Assembly: GCA_010909165.1 (NCBI GenBank)
Contig: VJWM01000108.1
Coordinates: 620,001 to 684,000, forward strand
Origin: Anthoceros angustus
Lineage: Eukaryota > Plantae > Anthocerotophyta
Reading direction: 5' to 3'
DNA length: 64,000 nt
Below are positions 47,701-56,527 of this stretch, piece after piece. The position numbers and the translations under genes are program-made. The first letter of the stretch is position 1. The number at the start of each line of letters is the position of its first letter. Below the pieces are notes generated by a model. The model was given only the letters and a program-made list of their open reading frames with translations, was not told where the DNA came from and searched no databases.

Positions 47701-48896
47701 ACAACCTTTTCCCATGTCAGTTTCCTACATAGCCAAAGATGTGCTTGAACTCGTTCATGCGGATATCTTTGGCAAGATAAGCCAACCCTCACTTGGTGGT
47801 GCCCAGTATTATCTTTGTCTCACTGATGATTATTCCCGTTGCACCTGGACATACCCCATGCAATACAAAAGTGAGACCTTTGAACTCTTCAAGGATTGGT
47901 TTGCTACAGCTCAACGTCAAACTAGCAAGCTACGCAAGATATTCCGCACAGATAATGGAACTGAATTCGTCAACATAGCATTTGATCTTTTTCTCTAGGA
48001 ACATGGAATACAAAGACAACTCTCTGTTCCTTACCCCCCTCAGTGAAACGGGGTTGCAAAGAGGAAAAATCAAACCTTCCTCTCCATCACTTGCAGCGTG
48101 TTGATATGGGATGGTTTACCTCAGAAGTTATGGGCCGAAGCTATAGTGTCATCCACTTACATTTTGAATCGTCTGTTTACTGGTTCTGTTTCCCATCTGA
48201 CCCCATGTGAGGTTCTTTGGCGACGGAAACCAAGCCTCCTCCATCTTTGGGTCTTTGGATCTGAAGCATTTGCTTTCATTCCTAAGGAGAAATGCCGTAA
48301 ACTTGACCCTCGTGCCTAAGCTTTTATCTTCATCGGCTACAGCGAAGTTTCTAAAGCTTACAAGCTTTACAATCCTGCAACTCAACAAGCTGTGTTAGCT
48401 CGTTCAGTTACCTATATCGAGCCCACACACCTTGTCACTTTTGGTCTTCAACATTATTTGCAAACCGAAAGAGATGAGCAACAGAGGGAGCTGATATTTT
48501 ATCTCTCATTGATGATGAGACCTTTATTGTTTAGTTTTCTAAATGATGTTGTTGCCCCTGCTCTAGACTTTGCTGGTGGTGGTGGTGCTGGAGGTGGTGA
48601 CGACCTTGTAGAGAGAGACCCTGCTCCAATTGCTCCTAATGTTCTTCTTCTTTTTACTTTGCTAATGCTTTGATGTGGCTGTGACAGATCTTTATTGACC
48701 CGTTGATGACCTTGTTGTCCCACACTTTTTGTCCACGAGCCTAATCATGAGCCACCCTTAGGACACTCCACTCGTTATAGACCATCTCCTGAGGAGTGGA
48801 GAGAGCCTCATTATGAGTCTATCGATTTCAAGACATCTTATGCGGATTTAGCGCTTTTCGCTTCCATGACAGTACATTTGGAACCTCAGTCACTAT
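44745..48896 (+). mobile_element. Ty1/Copia LTR retrotransposon: 5' LTR, PBS, gag, protease, integrase; truncated at the start of RT
   Basis: LTR TGTTG(44745)...TTCA(44932), then PBS TGGTATCAGAACC. gag FNGTRYQVWRVRMQSTL; degenerate zinc knuckle CxxCGIPGHWARE; WHARLG; integrase ELVHADIFG, DDYSR, RTDNGTEF, NGVAKRKN. Contains stop codons. Confidence 0.93.
44933..44945 (+). promoter_or_regulatory. Primer-binding site complementary to initiator tRNA-Met
   Basis: TGGTATCAGAACC immediately after the LTR-terminal CA. Confidence 0.85.
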
Positions 48897-49030
48897 AGGT
48901 TTGTGGCCTTTAGGAAGATCCAAAAGCATGTAAGTTTGAATCTTGACAAGTGAATTGAACTCATCATCGACTTCTGCCTTCCACTTATGATGTTTGGGTC
49001 CAAAGAAGGCCCCTTGTGAATGATTGCTCT
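48897..49030 (-). mobile_element. Inverted Copia RT N-terminal fragment
   Basis: Minus strand reads GPKHHKWKAEVDDEFNSLVKIQTYMLLDLPKGHKP and abuts the plus-strand EPQS at about 48883-48894. Confidence 0.8.
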
Positions 49031-49203
49031 GAAATAATTCCTTTGCTTTGGCTGTGTGGCACTGCCTAAGGAACTCTTGGCTTGAGGGTAGACTATAGAG
49101 AAAGACTCTTTGGAGGTTCTCGCTGTCTGGTACAAACCCATAGCAACCTGCCCAAAGAAGAACTCTTTGGCTTGTAGGCGGACCCCAGGCAGTTGTGTCA
49201 TAG

Positions 49204-49408
49204 GTTGAGTTGAGTTGAGTTGAGTTGAGTTGAGTTGAGTTGAGTTGAGTTGAGTTGAGTTGAGTTGAGTTGAGTTGAGTTGAGTTGAGTTGAGTTGAGT
49301 TGAGTTGAGTTGAGTTGAGTTGAGTTGAGTTGAGTTGAGTTGAGTTGAGTTGAGTTGAGTTGAGTTGAGTTGAGTTGAGTTGAGTTGAGTTGAGTTGAGT
49401 TGAGTTGA
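49204..49408 (+). repeat. Perfect (GTTGA)41 microsatellite, possibly the 3' tail of an RTE-type LINE or SINE
   Basis: 205 bp of uninterrupted pentamer, preceded by GCGGACCCCAGGCAGTTGTGTCATAG. Confidence 0.97.
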
Positions 49409-50551
49409 TCATGTGCAGTTAATTCTTGAGTAAAGGAGTAGAGATTAGAAGTTAGAAGAAGGCCTAGGTCAGAGCCTAAGGGAGGGGTTCCAAATCTTTA
49501 TCAAACCAAGACTGGAAGCTGGGCCAAGGTCATACAACTGCGGAGGCAGTGAAGTCGCACAACGGCGTGGGGGGACGGTTCCACGTCCGTAGCCGATGGA
49601 TCTACTGTCGTAGAGTGTGAACCTATGACTGTAGGCGTCGTTGTAGGTCCGGAAGCGGTAATTGATGTAGCAGGGCGGGGAGGCGCGGCTGTAGTCTGTG
49701 GTGTGGTTTGAGGTCGCCCCAGGTGCATGAGGGGGCTTGGGTGTATGAAGGGGTGTTGCGCTTGTATTTTGGAAGCCGGTGTCATGTCAACCGGAAGTCT
49801 CATAAGGACGAAACATATTGTGCTAAGTGACAATGGGATAAGTGTGGCCACTGGAGGGTGGTCTCCGGGAGTCCCGAGGTCTTCTTCCCACATCAAGCCT
49901 CGATAGCTTTTCACCCAAGCTTTGCACAAAAACTGGTGTGTTAAGTGTTCTTGGTTAAAGATTTCGGACTCTCCCCACCTCTCCGAATCACCCCTTCCCT
50001 CGTCGAGCGGTAAGATTGCGAGGGACGACGTCGGGTATGGAAGATGGGAAAAAAAAGTGAAAGACGTGCGCCATGTTTCAGAGCGTGTAACGTTAACGCG
50101 GTTCGGACTCGTGTTCGCCAGATTCTAAGATACACAGGCACGTCGGCTCAAGTGCAACGTGTTTACGCTAAAAGCACAATGGAAACTTATGTATAGGGTT
50201 TTAACCCTGATGCCCCAAAGCCCCGCGGCGGGAGCCACTTAGGGCATGGTGGTGTGGGGGCATGGGGCACGGGAAGAAACTATGACATGGGCTTGTTGAC
50301 GAGCCTATATGGACACCGTAAGCAAGCAGAGGGCGCCCGTCTTGCGCGATGGTGGGCCCCACGGATTCGTGGGGCGTCCGCATTCAGTCTGCGGTGTTAA
50401 ATAGCCTCTCGCATGGGACGAGGAGCTCAATGCACGTTCATGTTTCCGTTTGGACAGGGATGGAGATAACCAGCACGTGCACCCCAAAGAGGAACTGCAA
50501 TACTCCCTGGAGTAGGTACACACTTCAGCTCTGGATAGTCCTCCATTATTC

Positions 50552-53139
50552 TCACGGTCGACCTTTACAACTGCAAGACCCAGCTGCGAATCGATGCACA
50601 CGGTACCCATCCCTTACCACAATATCTCTCTGTTCAAGCCTTGACATGATCTCCGTGGAACTGTGGCAGTCGCTGCACATGCGTAGATTCTTCGTCACCA
50701 CCAGAGGTGTCCCACTAGGAGTGTTCAAGAGACCAAACGCCAGAGCTAGCTTCTCTGCATGCCCACACAGCGCATCTTCCTTCTCCTTCTCACGCAGTGG
50801 CTTCAACACCAACTTTGTGTGAGGTACATGGCCTCCTTCCTGCTTCAAACGTGCATTCGTGCTCTCCACCTTTAGCGCAATATCCTCTCGCCTTTCTCCC
50901 ACCAAAAATCTATGTACCTGCTTATTCACCTCAATGGTCGCCTCTGCAGGTTTCTTGTTAGCTCCCGCCACTGTTCTCTGTGTTTCAATCCTGTCTACAT
51001 CGGTCCACCTGCCTGCATCTGCATAGGCATTCGCCATGAGGACATACGGGGATGCACTCTGAGGTTCCAGTCTAACAATCCTTTCAAAACACCACATGGC
51101 CCTCTCTAGGTCGCCGTGACTTTTGCAGGCATTCAACAAAGACGTCAAGCCCACAACATTACTTTGGCCCTCACATAACAATAGCATCTTCTCTGCCTCG
51201 TCTAAATGGCCCGCACGGCCAAGAAGATCAATCATGCAAATGTGATGCTCACTAGTAGGTTTGATGCCATGCTGTTCAGCCATGGAATCAAAGAGCTTGC
51301 GACCCTCGTGGACCAGTCCCTCATGACTGCATGCTACTAGAAGGCAAGTAAAAGTAGCACCATCAGGCTGAATACCGGCAACTAACATCTCCTCAAAACA
51401 AGCTAGTGCCTTGTGACCTTCATCACAAGTACCATACCCAGATATCAGGGCATTCCATGTCACCACATCCTTTGTGTTCATGCTGTCAAAAACCTGGCGT
51501 GCATCTTCCAATTCACCACATTTTGCATACATGTCCACCAGGCAGTTGCCCAAGACTACGTTATCCAGCAGTCCTCTTTCCACAATCTGTGAGTGCAGCT
51601 GCCTGCCCTTCTGTAAGGCACCAGTGCTTCCACAGGCCTTCAGAAGGCAAGCAAAAGTAACATCGTCAGCCAAAATGAGGCCTTCTTGCTCCATTTGTCC
51701 ATACAGAACAAGCGCCTCTTGGCCGAGTCCTTGCTGTGCATACCCAGCAATCAGGGCATTCCATGTCACCACATCCTTTGTGCCATGCTGTCAAAAACCT
51801 GGCGTGCATCTTCCAGTTCACCACATTTTGCATACATGTCCACCAAGCAGGTGCCCACCAGTATGTCATTCAACAGTCCTCTTTTGACAATCTGTGAGTG
51901 CAGCTGCCTGCCCTTCTGCAAGGCACCAGTGCTTCCACAGGCCTTCAGAAGGCAAGCAAAAGTAACATGGTCAGCCAAAATGAGGCCCTCTTGCTCCATT
52001 TGTCCATACAGAACAAGCGCCTCTTGGCCGAGTCCTTGCTGTGCATACCCAGATATCAGGGCATTCCATGTCACCACATCCTTTGTGGCCATGCTGTCAA
52101 AAACCTGGCGTGCATCTTTCAGTTCGCCACATTTTGCATACATGTCCACCAGGGAGTTGTCAACAAACAAGTCAGGAGGAATGCCACTGTGCAACACCTC
52201 ACAGTGCACTTTTCTGCCGGATTCCAAGTCTGAGGCAAGAGCACAAGCTTGTAGGGCAGCTACAAAGACGTGACCATTCGCCTTCACACCTGACCTACGC
52301 ATCTCATGGTACAGTTGTATGGCCTCATTAGGTTTCCCATGTTTGGCATGCGCAAAGATGATGGAACCCCACGTAATAACATCGGGTTTGCCCACCCTGG
52401 TGAACACATCCATGGCCTCCTGCAGCCTACCTCCACCTGCATACATGCGCAAGATATGGTTCCCCAGGTAAGCATCCGACTCATACCCGAGTTTGACCGT
52501 GAGGTCATGAATCCGTCGCCCCACAGCCAAATCCTTGTTAGCTGTACAGAGTTTCAGCACAGTGCAAAAGAGAGACTGAGAGATGGCGAAGCCTGTCTGC
52601 GCAAGAGATTCCAGGGCTCCAACGGCCTCAGAAAGCTTCCCCTGCTGACAAAAGGCGATCACGGTTACAGCCGTAACGACGCCCATTTCCGATCCTGGAC
52701 CCGTGCCAGGTTCAGGACAGACACCATGACCCATCTGAAGATCGAAAGAAACGAGCTGCTCATCAACCCAAGCTGGCTTGTGCATGCTGTTCAACCACAG
52801 CACCTCGCCGGACCCCTTACGCCGGAAGTCAGGCGAACGGGAGCTCTTCTTATCTCGTCTGTTGTCCCACCACATTGTAGGGTCCAGAAAGAACTGTTGC
52901 CACAAGTGCTCCTGCTGTTGCTGGCGACGACCATCGTTGGGGAACCTCTCCCCACCCACACATTTTGTGGGAAGTGGAAGGGGAAGTGCTGAGCTCCTTG
53001 CACTGCCGCACCTGGAGGCTTGTTTGTTTGCCACGGCTTGGCTCCCTGTAGTGAGGTGAGCGGGAGCTCCTAGTAGCATCCCGGTACGCACACCAATTTG
53101 TTGGGTCCACAAGGGGTCCGGTTGCCATACTGTGGCCAT
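50552..53139 (-). CDS. PDF-motif / PLS-PPR / DYW:KP (GRP) protein, candidate U-to-C editing factor; one frameshift near 51780
   Basis: ORFs 51766-53139 and 50552-51772 join if one C is restored (ATGGC[C]ACAAAG). Architecture: putative transit peptide, PDF motif, 3 PLS triplets, P2L2S2, E1E2, KKPAEATIEV, CGHAEKLA, CSDCH, CSCKGRP*. Confidence 0.93.
52753..52905 (-). other. OSB-type PDF ssDNA-binding motif within the PPR N-terminus
   Basis: LWQQFFLDPTMWWDNRRDKKSSRSPDFRRKGSGEVLWLNSMHKPAWVDEQL matches the PDF motif pattern of plant organellar ssDNA-binding (OSB) proteins as I recall it (FFxNPxxWWDNRxxK..PDFKHKxTGEALWL..PxWV). Confidence 0.85.
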
Positions 53140-53815
53140 AGTTCAGGAAACGCTGTCTGCTGATGGAAAACAACAGACGACCTATAGCAGGAGCCTGCGT
53201 CTCAACATCCGTCTACACCAGGTAGGTCATAGAGGGACGGATGTACTTTTTGTCCCCTATCCTTCATAGCAATAATATAATGCGTTTAGGATTGCAACAA
53301 CGACTCGGACTCGACGCTACCTACATACATCTAGCACCCATGATTCCAGCAGAGACAAGACCTAGGTGTTCAATGCTTTCCGACAACCTTATCAAATGTA
53401 CAGGTTCAGGATCGCGTGCAGATGCTACTCTGTAGTATGTACCTAGGACACTACGCACGGAGTTCAGTCTGGCAGTGAGCTTCATGAAAACTCGGGACTA
53501 CACTAAACTCCATATAGTAGCTGTGGCTGTGACAGTAGTGAATGGTTGCTATGGTGCTGGTTGTGATGATGCCGTCATCACATAGCTTGCTCACGGCTTG
53601 ACTGCCATTGCGCCTCCTCTTGTGGTTTGTCCCCCAGGCCTAGCCTGCGAGGAGGCTCAAGCTCATTCTCCAGCAACAGCAACAGGAGGACAGCTCCAGT
53701 TGGGCTTGGAGGCAGGAGCAGGCACATCCATATGGATGTGCCTGGTTATCCATGCATATGCAAATGTCATCGCCAAGCAAGGCCATTTGAGCCAGCCTCC
53801 TGCAACAAGTAGCAC

Positions 53816-56176
53816 ATGGCGATGCAGCTGCTGGGCTCCATTCCGGATGCCTTTTCCTACTTCGATCTCCACACGGTGGCGTGGTCAGCCAAACCAAGCT
53901 GCTGCTCTGGTAGTATCCGCTGCGGCGGACCGGCCGGGCAACAACAACAGCAGCAGCAGTCCAACATCTCCGATTGTGGGTGGCAGCCCAAGCGCAAGCT
54001 CAAGCCCCAGGCCCAGGCCCGGCAGTTGACCAGACGTGGGCACCAAGAAGCAGCAGCAGAGCTGGGTGAGGCTGTAGAAGCATTGGATGTGCTCGTGCAG
54101 CGGGGATGTCATATCAGCCGCAATGACTTGTATCATCTCCTCAAGAGGTGCATGGCACACAAAAATCTCCTGGAATGGGGCAGGTGCCTTCATGCTTTAG
54201 CCGTCGCACAGGGCTTTGGGTGTGATGCATTTCTGGCCACTCATATCATTGCCATGTATGCATCTCATGGCAAGCTGGAGGAAGCAGTGCAGGCATTCAG
54301 GCAAGTCTCAGCTCCGGATGCCTACATGTGGTCTTCCATCATCGCGGCTCATTCCCGACACGGGCAGCCCACGCTAGCCATCACCTTGTATCAACAGATG
54401 CGACAATCAGGTGTCCAGCCGGACAACCATGTCTTCGTGGCAGCTCTCAAGGCGTGTTCCTCTGCACGCGACCTGGGGTCGGGCAAACAGGTGCATGCCC
54501 ACATTCAGGCCAGTCCTGTGAAGCCCGATTCTTTCATCGGCGCCGCTCTGGTGGATATGTATGCTAAATGCGGCAGCGTGGACGATGCTCGCAAAGTGTT
54601 CGACAGCTTGGGCAGGAAGGATGTGGTGACATGGACTGCCATGATCGCAGGGTATGCTCGGCAGGGGCAGGGCCATGGCCGCCAAGCCTTGGCTTTGTAT
54701 GTGCAAATGCAGCACGAGGAGGAGGGTGTTGCTCCAGCCGACCGTGTTACTTATGTGTGCCTTCTGCAGGCCTGTGCTGCTGTGGGAGCTCCTGCCCTGC
54801 CCCACGGGAAGCACCTTCACGCACAGATTCGGCAAGGGGGCCTGGACCTTGGAGCACATGATGCAGTGATTGGCAACAGCCTGGTGAACATGTATGCTAA
54901 ATGCGGGGCCTTGCTGGAGGCCCGCACTGTGTTCGACGCTATGCTCACTCGAGATGTGGTGACCTGGAATGCCATGATCGCAGGATATGCGCAGCAGGGG
55001 CTGGGACGGGATGCTCTCGCTCTGTATGCGAGCATGCAGCATCAGGGTATCGCTGTGCCTGATAATGTCACTTTTGTCTGTCTTCTTCAAGCATGTGCCA
55101 GTGTGGGAGCGTTGGAGCAGGGGAAGCAGTTGCATTCACAAATTCGTGAAAGAGGCCTCGAAGCTGTTCCCATTGTTGGTAATAGCCTGGTGAACATGTA
55201 TGCTAGATGCGGCAGGTTGGAGAGCGCTCGCAAACTATTTGACACTCTGCCCGCAAAAGATGTGGTGACATGGAATGCTCTCCTCAACGGCTACGCGGAA
55301 CATGGTGATGGTGACGAGGCCATCCGGTGTTTTGAAGATATGCTACAGCAAGGTGTCCAGCCCAACGAGACCACTTTCACCTGCCTCCTCGTGGCATGCA
55401 GTCATGCGGGCCTGGTCTGCCAAGGCCGGTCCTATTTCAGTATGATGGTGGAAAGATACGGGATCGCGCCCACGGATCATCACCACAGTTGCATGGTTGA
55501 TCTCCTTGGCCGGTCGGGACAACTGGATGGGGCCGAACATGTGTTGCGCACTACGTCATGCGTGGATGATGTCGTGGGCTGGACAGCTCTGCTCAGTGCT
55601 TGCAAAAGCTACGGTGATGTAGAGCGCGGGCAACGCTGCTTCCACCATCTTGTGAAATTGGCACCTCAAGCTGCTAGTTCCTATGTGTTGTTAGGGAACC
55701 TGTACGCCAATGCAGGCAGGTGGGACGATGTGGACAGAGTAGAAGGGCTGAGAAAGTCAGCAGGTGCTACCAAGAAGCCTGCAAAGGCATGCATCGAGGT
55801 GAGGAACACGGTGCATGAGTTCACAGTAGGGGAAGACAGGTCCGACATCTCCTCAAAACTGAAGACCGTGAATACGAGGTTGAAGGAGGAAGGTGGCCAT
55901 GTCCCACAAACACGCCTCGTTTTCAAGGCGGTGTCTGAGCAGGAGAAAGAGGACGCGCTGTGTGGACATGCAGAGAAACTGGCCCTGGCGTATGGCCTCA
56001 TGAACACGCCAGATGGGGCAAGTCTGATAGTCACCAAAAACCTGCGCATGTGCGACGACTGCCACAGCAGCACCAAGGTGATGTCACGCCTTGAGAGGCG
56101 AGAAATTATCGTCAGAGATGCGCATCGAATACATCGCTTCTTCGATGGCTCCTGTTCGTGTAGAGATGGGCATTGA
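53816..56176 (+). CDS. PLS-class PPR protein with DYW:KP domain, DGH C-terminus; intact 786 aa
   Basis: 3 PLS triplets plus P2L2S2-E1E2, KKPAKACIEV, CGHAEKLALAYG, CDDCH, terminal CSCRDGH*. Confidence 0.95.
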   Translation: MAMQLLGSIPDAFSYFDLHTVAWSAKPSCCSGSIRCGGPAGQQQQQQQSNISDCGWQPKRKLKPQAQARQLTRRGHQEAAAELGEAVEALDVLVQRGCHISRNDLYHLLKRCMAHKNLLEWGRCLHALAVAQGFGCDAFLATHIIAMYASHGKLEEAVQAFRQVSAPDAYMWSSIIAAHSRHGQPTLAITLYQQMRQSGVQPDNHVFVAALKACSSARDLGSGKQVHAHIQASPVKPDSFIGAALVDMYAKCGSVDDARKVFDSLGRKDVVTWTAMIAGYARQGQGHGRQALALYVQMQHEEEGVAPADRVTYVCLLQACAAVGAPALPHGKHLHAQIRQGGLDLGAHDAVIGNSLVNMYAKCGALLEARTVFDAMLTRDVVTWNAMIAGYAQQGLGRDALALYASMQHQGIAVPDNVTFVCLLQACASVGALEQGKQLHSQIRERGLEAVPIVGNSLVNMYARCGRLESARKLFDTLPAKDVVTWNALLNGYAEHGDGDEAIRCFEDMLQQGVQPNETTFTCLLVACSHAGLVCQGRSYFSMMVERYGIAPTDHHHSCMVDLLGRSGQLDGAEHVLRTTSCVDDVVGWTALLSACKSYGDVERGQRCFHHLVKLAPQAASSYVLLGNLYANAGRWDDVDRVEGLRKSAGATKKPAKACIEVRNTVHEFTVGEDRSDISSKLKTVNTRLKEEGGHVPQTRLVFKAVSEQEKEDALCGHAEKLALAYGLMNTPDGASLIVTKNLRMCDDCHSSTKVMSRLERREIIVRDAHRIHRFFDGSCSCRDGH

Positions 56177-56527
56177 CAAGCTCTGAGGAAGTCGGAATGG
56201 CCCACGGTTTCTGCCTCGCGTCCTCCATGTCGACCCAGTAGACACGCACAGCCTCTGAAGCCACGGTGTGACGACTGGAAACTCCATGGCAGAGTGCACG
56301 TTGTGTCTACTTCACGCATACTTCTTCAGGACTTCACACAAATACTTAGTAACTACGTCACGGTCATGGAATTCCCTTCTAACTGTCTCTGAAACCCACA
56401 ATGTGCAGAAACTGATCTCCACGCTGGGAAGCTTCGCTGCGCTTCGCCAGTGGGACGCGGCTGTGCGACAAACCAGCGAACATGCCGCACATTGTTCACC
56501 ATGCCAACGGCGGTCTGGTCACGGCGG

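Noticed and set aside
49204-49408. Interstitial telomere
   Set aside because: GTTGA is not a known plant telomere unit.
48828-49412. 194-aa ORF with NSTQL repeats
   Set aside because: It is only the translation of the (TCAAC)n microsatellite joined to TE fragments.
49409-50200. Chromodomain-like AWVKSYRGLMWEEDL on the minus strand
   Set aside because: The match is too weak and there is no adjacent integrase sequence.
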